Positions 37,315 through 46,398 of a stretch of 64,000 nucleotides of DNA are shown piece after piece. Source of the stretch: Candidatus Doudnabacteria bacterium (lineage in GTDB: Bacteria > Patescibacteriota > Doudnabacteria > UBA920 > O2-02-FULL-48-8); the NCBI GenBank assembly GCA_019659055.1, contig JAIFWV010000002.1, positions 26,047 through 90,046 of the forward strand. Direction: 5' to 3'. The notes under the pieces are model-generated. The model saw only the letters and a list, made by a program, of their open reading frames with translations. It made no database searches and was not told the DNA's origin. Every line of letters starts with the position of its first letter. Position 1 is the first letter of the stretch. The position numbers were made by a program, and so were the translations under genes.

Positions 37315-38585
37315 ATCTTCAGTTTCTTTTCGAAAACTTTTTTATCTGTGAATGGTCCGACGAGCGCCAGGTTCAGGCATTCGGTGCGGATGATTTGGCT
37401 GGCTACGCGGGAGACATCTTCGAGCGTGACTTTTTCGAATTCCTCAAATGTCTGCTTGATCGTCCGCACCCGGCCCATAAACGCTTCCTGCCCCAAGTAC
37501 CATTCGAGTTTGTCGTGCGGGTCTTCCATGGCCAAAGCAATTTTGCCTTTGATGTATTCCTTGGCTTTGGATAATTCGGCTTTGCTGATACCCTGAGTTT
37601 TAACTTTGCGCAATTCTTCCAAAATTATATCCAGTGCCTGATTAACATTCTGGATTTTGAGTCCGGCCGAAACGGCAAAATTGCCGGCATCAAGATAATT
37701 ATTAAATGACGTGCTGACATAATAAGCCAACCCTAGGCGTTCGCGGATACGCAAAAACAGCCGCGAGCTCATACCGCCGCCGAGCACTGCAGACATAAGC
37801 CTCAAGGCTTGATTGTTTTTGTTGCGGTAGGCATAGCCCTGGAAGCCGAGCATCATGTAGGCCTGCTCAGTCTGTTTGGTCTGAATGCTCACCCGCGACG
37901 ATTTCTGATTGATATTTATAGCTGCATACGTTCCGTGTTTTCGATTGGCAAGCTTGCCCCAGTTTTTCTCAACCAAACTCTCGAGTTTGCCTTGGTCAAA
38001 GTGCCCCGCCACAGCGATGATAGTATTGCTCGGGGTATAATATTTTTCGCGATAAGCGAGAATGTCTTTACGCGAAATTCTCTGGATGACTTCCGCGGTA
38101 CCCGGGATATCGCGTCCGAGCGGCTGGTTGGGCCAGAGTGTTTCCTCAAACAAGGCATCCACTGAAAACTGCGGATTGTCCTTGTACATATTTATCTCTT
38201 CGATAATCACGCCCCGCTCGCGGTTGATTTCTTTTTCGGCAAACAGCGGATTCTGGACCATGTCTGTAAGCACGCCAAAAACCAGATCCAAATGCTCATA
38301 CGCGGCCCGGATGTAATATTGCGTATGCTCTTTGCCTGTATTGGCATTGAATTCACCGCCGATAGAGTCTACGACCTCTGACAATTTTTTGGCTGTCGGA
38401 AATTTTTTGGAACCCTTGAAATGCAGGTGTTCCAAAAAATGCGACACGCCCGCCAGACGTTCTTCTTCGTAGCGCGATCCAGCTTTCACAAAAATTGACA
38501 TGGTCACAGACGCCGCGGTATCAATCGGCACCAGAAGCAGAGTCAGACCGTTTGGTAGAACTTTTTTAGTATATAACGATTGCAT
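37311..38585 (-). CDS. M16 (pitrilysin) family zinc peptidase
   Basis: HFLEH, NANT, GGMSSRLF.IRE..GLAY. Confidence 0.93.
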   Translation of the reverse strand: MQSLYTKKVLPNGLTLLLVPIDTAASVTMSIFVKAGSRYEEERLAGVSHFLEHLHFKGSKKFPTAKKLSEVVDSIGGEFNANTGKEHTQYYIRAAYEHLDLVFGVLTDMVQNPLFAEKEINRERGVIIEEINMYKDNPQFSVDALFEETLWPNQPLGRDIPGTAEVIQRISRKDILAYREKYYTPSNTIIAVAGHFDQGKLESLVEKNWGKLANRKHGTYAAININQKSSRVSIQTKQTEQAYMMLGFQGYAYRNKNNQALRLMSAVLGGGMSSRLFLRIRERLGLAYYVSTSFNNYLDAGNFAVSAGLKIQNVNQALDIILEELRKVKTQGISKAELSKAKEYIKGKIALAMEDPHDKLEWYLGQEAFMGRVRTIKQTFEEFEKVTLEDVSRVASQIIRTECLNLALVGPFTDKKVFEKKLKI

Positions 38586-38588
38586 ACT

Positions 38589-39923
38589 TTAGCAGTTCAG
38601 ATTTTCTTTAAAATAATTCACTAATTCAGAAATTTTAACCCGATCTTGTTTCATAGTGTCGCGGTCGCGCACGGTCACGGATTTATCATTGGCGGTCTCA
38701 AAATCGACAGTGATGCAATACGGCGTACCGATTTCGTCCTGGCGCCGGTAGCGCTTGCCGATTGAACCACTTGTATGATACTCAAGCATCCAGTGTTTGG
38801 AAAGCATTGACCGAATTTCTATTGCCGGCCCTGTGAGTTCTTCCTTTTTGGACAAAGGCAGAATCGCGATTTTGATTGGAGCTATTTCTTTGGGCAGACG
38901 CAATGTAACCTCGGTCTCGTGAACCGCATCGTCCTTGCCGGAACGCGCTTCGGTCTCGGTATAGCAAGAAAGCAATACTGCCAAAACTGTCCGATCAACT
39001 CCCCAGGTCGGTTCGATAACATGGGGTAAATATTCTTCGTTCGTTATTGGATCCCGGTACTTCATATTCTTGCCTGACATCTTTTCATGATTACTCAGAT
39101 CAAAGTCAGTCCGATAAGCAAGACCGTACAATTCTTTCTGTCCAAATGGATAATCAAATTCGATATCGATTGTTCTTTTTGAATAAAAGGCTCTATCCTC
39201 CTCACTGATTTCAACCTCATGGATTTTCTTTCTATCGATTCCCACTCGATCCAACCAAATGCGCATTTGATCAAGCCATATATCAAAATGCTTTTCCCAG
39301 CCGTCGGACGGATTTATGAAGTACTCAATCTCCATCTGTTCGAATTCTCGCAGGCGGAAAATAAAATTTCCCGGAGTAATTTCGTTGCGGAAAGCCTTCC
39401 CTATCTGGGCAACACCAAATGGCACTCTCATGCTAGAGCTTTCGACAATTTGCTTAAAATCAACGAACATTGCCTGCGCCGTTTCTGGACGTAGATATGC
39501 GATATTTGCTTTTTCTTCTGCTGGACCCAAAAAAGTTTTAAGCATTAAATTAAATTGCTTGGCTTCGGTGAATACGGTACCACCACAAACAGGACATTCA
39601 TCTGGTTTTTGATCTTCCCTGTATCTTGTGTGGCATTTCTTGCACTCAACCAATGGGTCGTTGAAAGTTGTGAGATGCGTAGAAGCTTCCCAAACTTTGG
39701 GATTCATAAGCAAAGCGGCATCGAGGCCCACCATATCAAATCGCTCCTGTACAAACATTTTCCACCAGAGTTTCTTGATATTATTCTTGAGCTCGACTCC
39801 AAGCGGGCCGTAGTCCCAAGAGTTGGCGAGGCCGCCATAGATTTCGGAGCCCGGAAAAATAAAACCCCGCCTTTTGCTGAGCGAGATAACTTTATCCATG
39901 AGATCAAATTTTGATTCTTGCAT
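38589..39923 (-). CDS. glyQS: Glycine--tRNA ligase (alpha2 type)
   Basis: YLRPETAQ, FRNEITPGNFIFR.REFEQME, IEP.WGVDR, IGKRYRRQDEIGTP. Confidence 0.97.
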   Translation of the reverse strand: MQESKFDLMDKVISLSKRRGFIFPGSEIYGGLANSWDYGPLGVELKNNIKKLWWKMFVQERFDMVGLDAALLMNPKVWEASTHLTTFNDPLVECKKCHTRYREDQKPDECPVCGGTVFTEAKQFNLMLKTFLGPAEEKANIAYLRPETAQAMFVDFKQIVESSSMRVPFGVAQIGKAFRNEITPGNFIFRLREFEQMEIEYFINPSDGWEKHFDIWLDQMRIWLDRVGIDRKKIHEVEISEEDRAFYSKRTIDIEFDYPFGQKELYGLAYRTDFDLSNHEKMSGKNMKYRDPITNEEYLPHVIEPTWGVDRTVLAVLLSCYTETEARSGKDDAVHETEVTLRLPKEIAPIKIAILPLSKKEELTGPAIEIRSMLSKHWMLEYHTSGSIGKRYRRQDEIGTPYCITVDFETANDKSVTVRDRDTMKQDRVKISELVNYFKENLNC

Positions 39924-40056
39924 GTATTTTAATTGATGGCGCTGGATGCCTGGGATTAGCCCCACGCTGGCTGCGTCACCCCTTTCTTTAATCTAAGATT
40001 ATCACAAACCGGGAAATAAAAAAAGCCGCTCCCATCCATCCTCAAGATGGGAGCGG

Positions 40057-40410
40057 CTATAGATCTGCGATGAGCATTTTGTACCCATCGATTACGCTAT
40101 CGCATAACTCAAGCATCGCGATGATTCCCGAACTAGTCAGCTTGCCCATGACCTGCGTCTGCTTGGGTGAGACGATCCAGCAAGCTCTGCCCGCAGCCTT
40201 CTGGATATCCCTCTGAGAGAAAGCAATCTGACCAAGACCCTTGGTATCCATGTGGGTCACGCCCGTGAGGTCGATGAGAATCAGCCGTTTGTCTTCAGCG
40301 GGAAGACTTTGGACAACCTGTTCGAGCTCATCGCCCGTCGAGCTATCCAAACGACCGCTGACCGTTAGACTATAGACGCCGTTTAGCCGTTCTGAACCTA
40401 TTTTCAGCAT
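40057..40410 (-). CDS. STAS-domain anti-sigma-factor antagonist
   Basis: GRLD..IDLTGVTHMDTKGL; AAGGAGG RBS. Confidence 0.8.
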   Translation of the reverse strand: MLKIGSERLNGVYSLTVSGRLDSSTGDELEQVVQSLPAEDKRLILIDLTGVTHMDTKGLGQIAFSQRDIQKAAGRACWIVSPKQTQVMGKLTSSGIIAMLELCDSVIDGYKMLIADL

Positions 40411-40453
40411 GGCGTCCTCCTTATCTGCATACTATACCTAAAAACCAGGCGTT

Positions 40454-41614
40454 TCAAGCCTGGTTTTTGGTCTGATCTCTGTATGTTTTCTGGAGGGTGC
40501 CAAACGATCCGGACTCAATCGATTGCCGAACTCGGACCATGAGGTTTAGATAAAAACGCAGATTATGCATTGTCGCCAGGCGTATCCCGAGCGGCTCTTT
40601 GGATGCAAACAAATGACGCAGGTAGGCGCGGGTAAAATTGGCACAGCAGTAGCAGTTGCAGGTGTTATCAAGCGGCGTGAAGTCTTCTTTGAATTTTTCG
40701 TTATCAATATTTACAGTGACATAGCCTTTGCCTTCACCCGGCTTAAGATTTATATATAGTTTCCCATGACGCGCCTCACGGGTAGGGATGACACAGTCAA
40801 AGCTATCACAGCCAAGTGCTACGGCACCGACAATCTGTGCCGGTGTACCCACCCCTAACAAATGTTTGGGCGCGTCTTCCGGCAAATAAGACTGAGCATA
40901 AGATACACCTTCATACATCTTGTCTTCCGGCTCGCCCACGGCTACGCCGCCAATGGCAAACCCCGGAAAGCCCAAGCTTGAGATTTCTTCTGCCGACTGC
41001 TGACGCAATTTTTTGTAAGTTGATCCTTGGATGATTCCCCAAAGCATCTGCCCGGGGTTCACGGAAGAACCCGCGAGCTTGTTGTGTTCGAGTGCGGCGC
41101 GTTTGGCCCACATGGTCGTACGATCCACTGTATCTTTGACTTGCTGTGCCGTCGCCGGGAATCCCGGAAACTCATCCAGTACCAAAGCAATGTCTGATCC
41201 CAAGTTGAGCTGGATTTGGACTGAGGATTCGGGCGTGAGCGTGTGGGTACTGCCGTCGATATCCGATTGGAACGTAACGCCAAGGTCTGAGACTTTCACC
41301 ATCTTGGCCAAAGAAAAAACCTGGAAGCCGCCCGAATCCGTGAAGATGCTTCCCTTCCAATTCATAAACTTGTGCAAGCCGCCGGCTTTGGCGATGAGAG
41401 CATCGCTCGGCCTCTGCCAAAGATGGTAAGTATTGGCCAGAATCATCTCGGCGCCCCAGAACCGGAGCTCTTCGGCCGCTATGGATTTGATAGCGCCCTT
41501 GGTCCCAATAGGCAAAAACACCGGCGTATGGACATCTCCATGTGCGGTTTTTATAATCCCGGTCCGAGCCTTGGACTCCGGATCCTTTTTTATAATTTGA
41601 AAAATATCGGACAT
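40454..41614 (-). CDS. tgt: tRNA-guanine transglycosylase
   Basis: NTYHL, TDSGGFQVFS, QG, GG.AVGE, FDCVIPTR, CxCxxC..H. Confidence 0.95.
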   Translation of the reverse strand: MSDIFQIIKKDPESKARTGIIKTAHGDVHTPVFLPIGTKGAIKSIAAEELRFWGAEMILANTYHLWQRPSDALIAKAGGLHKFMNWKGSIFTDSGGFQVFSLAKMVKVSDLGVTFQSDIDGSTHTLTPESSVQIQLNLGSDIALVLDEFPGFPATAQQVKDTVDRTTMWAKRAALEHNKLAGSSVNPGQMLWGIIQGSTYKKLRQQSAEEISSLGFPGFAIGGVAVGEPEDKMYEGVSYAQSYLPEDAPKHLLGVGTPAQIVGAVALGCDSFDCVIPTREARHGKLYINLKPGEGKGYVTVNIDNEKFKEDFTPLDNTCNCYCCANFTRAYLRHLFASKEPLGIRLATMHNLRFYLNLMVRVRQSIESGSFGTLQKTYRDQTKNQA

Positions 41615-41663
41615 AATTTGTTCTGTGACTTGTTTGGCATCAAAAAAGTAGCTAAAAAGAAAT

Positions 41664-41689
41664 AGATCCTGAAACAAGTTCAGGATGAC
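41664..41689. repeat. REP-like family C (AGATCCTGAAACAAGTTCAGGATGAC)
   Basis: Palindromic; partial copies at 4873-4887 and 35534-35545. Confidence 0.6.
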
Positions 41690-41744
41690 TTACTGATGAG
41701 TATAGCTTAGCAAATTTGCAGATCTTATGCTAATATGACGCAGT

Positions 41745-44087
41745 ATGAAAAATGAAAACTCTCCTACAATCCTAGCGGTTTTTGGCGCAACCGGCGATCT
41801 CGTATCGCGCAAACTTTTGCCGGCCATCTATCATCTTTACCGAAACAAACAGCTCCCGAACAAATTTAAAGTCATAGGTGTTGCCCGCCGTCCGTTTTCC
41901 GACGACGAATTTCGCAAGCTTATGAAAAAAGCGCTGGTGGCCAAAATCCGCCGGCCCGAGAAACTCGACGAATTTCTCAAACTCTTCAGCTATCATCAGG
42001 GCCAGTTTGATCAAGACGCAACATACACCTCGCTGAAAAAAGTATTAAATGCTCAGGATACCAAATGGAAAACTCGGGCCAATAAACTTTTTTACCTGGC
42101 CACACCCCCTAATTTCTATGATAATCTCCTACACAAACTTGCCGGCACGGGACTAGCCAAGCAAACCGGAAAAACCTGGGCGCGGATCATTGTCGAGAAA
42201 CCTTTTGGCAAAGACCTAGACCACGCCGAACATCTCGATGTGCTTTTGGGCAAACTATTCGACGAATCGCAAGTCTATCGCATCGACCATTACCTGGCCA
42301 AAGAAGTTTTGCAAAACATCATGGCGTTTCGGTTTGCCAACAATCTTCTGGAAGACGTCTGGAACCGCAAGTACGTGGAAAAGATTGAAATCAAACTCCT
42401 GGAAGAAATCGATGTCGAAGGCCGCGGGGAATTCTATGACGGCGTGGGCGCTCTGCTCGATGTCGGCCAAAACCACCTCCTCCAGGAATTGGCGCTCGTG
42501 ACCATGGATAAACCCGAAAGTTTCCGCACGGTCGATATCCATGCCCGCCGCGCCGAAATCCTGAAAAATCTGCGGCTCATGAATGCTGAGACTGTAAAGA
42601 GTGATACTATGCGCGCACAATACACAGGTTACACGCGGGAACCAGGGGTGGCCCGAAATTCCAACACGGAAACTTATTTCAAGCTTGAGACTTATATCGA
42701 CAACCCTCGCTGGCAAGATGTCCCGATCTACCTGGAAGCGGGAAAAAAATTCCCGGCCAACGAAAAATCAGTCACGGTGACATTCAAGCATCCCGAGCCA
42801 TGCTTGTGCCCACCCGGTGTACATTACCAAAACCGAGTTATCTTCCGCATCCAGCCCACCCCGGGAATCGAAATCGAATTTTGGAGCAAGAAACCCAACT
42901 CCTCGGGCATGGAACTCGAGAAACGCCTTTTGCACTTCAACTACGAATCCGACCCAAGCACGAGATATTTGGCCGAATACGCCAAGCTCATCTCCGACAG
43001 TCTCGCCGGAGATCAGACTTTGTTTGTCTCAAGCCGCGAAGCGATTTCATCGTGGAGATTTATAGACCCGATCGTTAAGGCGTGGAAAGCCAAACTCACT
43101 CCGTTACTCACGTATAAAAAAGATTTTAAAATCCTGTCCGAATTTGATCGACGAATCCGGCCTCAGCGGCCATTTACGAAATTGGCCATGGTCGGCTTGG
43201 GTAAGATGGGCAAGAGCCTCTCGCTGCAACTTTTGGAAAAAGGATTTTCGCTTGTAGCGGCCAATACTCATTCCAAAGACGCGGTGAGCGAACTCTCGCG
43301 CCACTCAAACTTCCACGCTTACCCAACCGACCAGCAAATGCTGGCCAGTCTCCCTAAGCCCCGGCTGGTCTGGCTCATGGTCCCGCACGCGCAAGTCGAT
43401 GAAGTTTTATTTGGCAAAGACGGGTTGGCCAAAATCCTCGACCGCGGCGATATCGTCATCGACTCGGGGAATTCATATTTCAAAGACACTATACGCCGGG
43501 GACGCCTGCTTACGCGCCGCGGCATCGAATTTATGGACCTCGGCTTTTCTGGTGGACCGGGAGGCGCGCGCCGCGGCGGCTGTCTCATGATCGGCGGCAA
43601 AAAATCTCTCTACCAAAAACTCGAGCATGTCTTTGCGAGTATGGCGGCTGACGGCGCCTATAATTATTTCGGCAAGATCGGCGCCGGCCATTTCGTGAAG
43701 ATGGTCCACAACGGCATCGAATACGGCATGATGCAATCGCTGGCGGAAGGCTTTGGCATCCTCAAAGCGTCTCCGTTTCGCCTCAATCTCATCGACGTTG
43801 CGGATATCTATAACCACGGCAGTGTTATAGAGTCGCGGCTCGTGGGCTGGCTTAAGGATGGATTTGAGATGCGCGGCCAAAACCTTAAGGGCATTACCGG
43901 GGTGGTGGGCTACACCGGCGAAGGCGAATGGACTGCCAAGACTGCCAAACAGCTCCGCGTGCCGGCCAAAATTATCGAAGAATCATTTCTCTTCCGGGTG
44001 AAATCAAAAAAGACACAAAGTTTCGTGAGTAAACTTGTGTCATCTATGCGCGAACAATTCGGAGGCCACAGTGTGCGCTCGGTTTGA
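41745..44087 (+). CDS. zwf: Fused glucose-6-phosphate dehydrogenase / 6-phosphogluconate dehydrogenase
   Basis: GATGDL, EKPFG, RIDHYLAKE (G6PD); GLGKMG, SGG..GA, GAGHFVKMVHNGIEYG (Gnd) in one ORF. Confidence 0.92.
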   Translation: MKNENSPTILAVFGATGDLVSRKLLPAIYHLYRNKQLPNKFKVIGVARRPFSDDEFRKLMKKALVAKIRRPEKLDEFLKLFSYHQGQFDQDATYTSLKKVLNAQDTKWKTRANKLFYLATPPNFYDNLLHKLAGTGLAKQTGKTWARIIVEKPFGKDLDHAEHLDVLLGKLFDESQVYRIDHYLAKEVLQNIMAFRFANNLLEDVWNRKYVEKIEIKLLEEIDVEGRGEFYDGVGALLDVGQNHLLQELALVTMDKPESFRTVDIHARRAEILKNLRLMNAETVKSDTMRAQYTGYTREPGVARNSNTETYFKLETYIDNPRWQDVPIYLEAGKKFPANEKSVTVTFKHPEPCLCPPGVHYQNRVIFRIQPTPGIEIEFWSKKPNSSGMELEKRLLHFNYESDPSTRYLAEYAKLISDSLAGDQTLFVSSREAISSWRFIDPIVKAWKAKLTPLLTYKKDFKILSEFDRRIRPQRPFTKLAMVGLGKMGKSLSLQLLEKGFSLVAANTHSKDAVSELSRHSNFHAYPTDQQMLASLPKPRLVWLMVPHAQVDEVLFGKDGLAKILDRGDIVIDSGNSYFKDTIRRGRLLTRRGIEFMDLGFSGGPGGARRGGCLMIGGKKSLYQKLEHVFASMAADGAYNYFGKIGAGHFVKMVHNGIEYGMMQSLAEGFGILKASPFRLNLIDVADIYNHGSVIESRLVGWLKDGFEMRGQNLKGITGVVGYTGEGEWTAKTAKQLRVPAKIIEESFLFRVKSKKTQSFVSKLVSSMREQFGGHSVRSV

Positions 44088-44104
44088 TTGCAAAATTAAA
44101 TGAG

Positions 44105-44371
44105 TTATTTCTGCAGCTGTTGGGCTTTTGTTTGAGCCGAGCGATAATTTACCCCCGTCCCGGAATCTAAATTTGCCTCGCCTTGAAGCGTGGCGTTATA
44201 TTCGTTTTGTTGTTCTGCGGCGTCTTTGGCGGCCTGGATCTGATCCTGGCCCTGCTCAATTTGGTTTTGCTTATTGCCGTCCCGTCCGACATAAAACGCG
44301 CCATAAACAATTACAGCAATAATAGCTAGAGTAATAATGAACCCTATAATCCCAAATCCGTTTTTATTCAT
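44105..44371 (-). CDS. Pilin-like small protein
   Basis: MNKNG|FGIIG.. class III signal-like followed by hydrophobic helix. Confidence 0.55.
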   Translation of the reverse strand: MNKNGFGIIGFIITLAIIAVIVYGAFYVGRDGNKQNQIEQGQDQIQAAKDAAEQQNEYNATLQGEANLDSGTGVNYRSAQTKAQQLQK

Positions 44372-44472
44372 GCATACATTTTATACTCTTCAAAAATTTC
44401 TGGCAAAAAAAGAAGGCCCAGTCCGACGTTAGTCAGAACCGAGCCCTTGTCCCGTTCACCAGATTGGTTGGG

Positions 44473-45183
44473 CTACAGCCTTTCGAGAGCTTCCTCGAAG
44501 CGATCGCGAGGCGCATCGTAATTTTTTAATTTTCTGCGCTTGCCCATAAAGAAAGCAATGCAGACAAACGATACGGCGAGCGCAAAATCGAATGCCGTGT
44601 CGCCGTTGCCGAACACGGCTCGAGCAAGACCCCAAACGACCTTCCCGCCATCCAAGACAAAAATCGGAAGGATGTTCAATTTGCCGAGCCGGTAATTCAT
44701 GTACGCCACGAATTGAATCGTGTTCTCGGTCACCGATTCGTCGAGCAGTGACACCACACCCATCGCAATGAGTGAAATGGCAAAGTTCGTAAACGGTCCA
44801 GCCAGGGACACGGCGATCATCGCTAGTGGTCTCCCCTGAACGTAGGCGTCAGGCAAACTCACGTAAGCACCCCACCACGAGATGCCGGCACCAGTGATCT
44901 GGTAGTTGAAGTAGTACGCTGTGATCGCGTGTCCGATTTCGTGGGCAGCGATGGAAATCACCATGAGTACCGCGCCAACCAGCGAACCCGTCACCAGCGC
45001 CGAAGTGCTGCAGTTGAGTTTTCGGCGCAGGGAATAAAGCTGGCGGTGGATATACGAATGGGCGCTCATCGTAAGCAGCACTGCCATCGCCACGGTCCAG
45101 AAGCTGATGTACACCGGGATTCCAAACACCTGCGTCCCGTACCCAAACGATGCGAGAACTTCTCCCATCTGCATGAGATTCAT
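44473..45183 (-). CDS. Site-2 protease (M50 family)
   Basis: HEIGH, AGPFTN, NILPIFVLDGG; AGGAGG RBS. Confidence 0.88.
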   Translation of the reverse strand: MNLMQMGEVLASFGYGTQVFGIPVYISFWTVAMAVLLTMSAHSYIHRQLYSLRRKLNCSTSALVTGSLVGAVLMVISIAAHEIGHAITAYYFNYQITGAGISWWGAYVSLPDAYVQGRPLAMIAVSLAGPFTNFAISLIAMGVVSLLDESVTENTIQFVAYMNYRLGKLNILPIFVLDGGKVVWGLARAVFGNGDTAFDFALAVSFVCIAFFMGKRRKLKNYDAPRDRFEEALERL

Positions 45184-45311
45184 TTACTTCTCCTCCTAAA
45201 CAGCCTCCGAACCTTTCAGAGACTCATTTAAACCAACAATGATTATTATGGGCTTAAAAAGAAATGGGTTAAGCAATTTTTCATGTATTCAGAATAGATT
45301 ACCAATGGTTA

Positions 45312-45340
45312 ATTATACTCCTTTTTCGGGATTTTGTCAA
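45312..45340 (-). promoter_or_regulatory. Perfect consensus sigma70 promoter, near-copy of 11173-11201
   Basis: TTGACAAAATcccgAAAAAGGAGTATAAT. Confidence 0.8.
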
Positions 45341-45431
45341 TACTTACGCTCCTTGGGCAAAAAAAACAGGACCGCACCTAGTATGGGCGGTCCTTCCTAA
45401 ATATCTTCGGGGCTGTAAAACCCCAGAAGGT

Positions 45432-46022
45432 CTACTGAATGAACTTTTTGCCGATCGAAGCGTTGGGTACGATTCCGCGGTCTACGAGCTGCTTGGCAGC
45501 ACGCGGACTTTGTGTCCGTAGCCATTTCTCGTACAACCGAAGCAGATCCGTGCTCGTGGTTACTCCCGTGCGTTCACTGATGTCCGCAAGGACGTCTGTA
45601 TAACAAACGAACTTGCGGGAGAGTTCTGCAAAAACATCTGAAAACGCATCGACCTCGTGCCGACTCAACGAACCATAGGCATACTCGCCCATGGAAACGT
45701 AGTAGTCCACGTCTATAGACCTACGCCTCAAACTGTCCGAGAAGAAGCCTGAGACAAACAGCGAAAAATCACCGAGACTGCGGAGCAGTGCTCTTTGCTC
45801 GGGCCCGTTGCTGTTGATGGCAGTGGTAAGCCGTACAGCCAGAGGAAGATTGTGTCCGGCGTACGGGCCGGAAGCGTCCGGCCGCACGAAAGCGCAAAGC
45901 AAATTCACCAGGTAATACCCCGTAAACTCGCTGGCACTCACATGCTGGCGAGCAAGAGCGCTTTCCACCAAGTCCTTGAAGTACTCGGCGGGTGCCTGAT
46001 TACGAATAGGAATCAGATCCAT
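45432..46022 (-). CDS. Conserved hypothetical protein
   Basis: AGGAGG RBS; LGD.SLF.SGFF..YY..MG..AY motif resembles a family recalled from Acidobacteria/Myxococcota. Confidence 0.7.
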   Translation of the reverse strand: MDLIPIRNQAPAEYFKDLVESALARQHVSASEFTGYYLVNLLCAFVRPDASGPYAGHNLPLAVRLTTAINSNGPEQRALLRSLGDFSLFVSGFFSDSLRRRSIDVDYYVSMGEYAYGSLSRHEVDAFSDVFAELSRKFVCYTDVLADISERTGVTTSTDLLRLYEKWLRTQSPRAAKQLVDRGIVPNASIGKKFIQ

Positions 46023-46086
46023 GCTTTTCCTCCTGGAAAACATTGTTGACCGAATCGTAGCAATATAAAAATATGGTGTCAAAAAC

Positions 46087-46112
46087 CTTATAGGCTAATT
46101 CGTGCGAATTAG
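46087..46112. repeat. Palindromic 26-bp site copy 1
   Basis: cttataggctaattcgtgcgaattag; overlaps ArsR stop codon. Confidence 0.85.
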
Positions 46113-46366
46113 ACCAATGTCAGACAGTGCTTTATGGCTGGGTGAAGGGCGTTCAAACAATAAAAAACAGACAAACCCCTCTGGTCGCGATCGATAATTT
46201 CTGAAGTACGCAATACAGCAAGATGCCTGGATGTGGCTCGGAAAGACAGGTGCAAATACGCAGCAATGTCGGTGACGCTTGCCTCTCTGTGCTGTTTGAG
46301 ATATTTGATTATCAAAAGCCTCCTCCTGTTTGCCAGTGCCTTATATATTTTCTCCAAATCTTTCAT
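46109..46366 (-). CDS. ArsR/SmtB family transcriptional regulator
   Basis: KALAN.RRL.I..V.DIA..S.HL..L..V.Y. Confidence 0.88.
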   Translation of the reverse strand: MKDLEKIYKALANRRRLLIIKYLKQHREASVTDIAAYLHLSFRATSRHLAVLRTSEIIDRDQRGLSVFYCLNALHPAIKHCLTLV

Positions 46367-46387
46367 AGGCTAATTCGTGCGAATAAG
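46365..46387. promoter_or_regulatory. Palindromic site copy 2 (putative ArsR operator at start codon)
   Basis: ataggctaattcgtgcgaataag abutting the ArsR ATG. Confidence 0.65.
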
Positions 46388-46398
46388 TCTTAGACTAT

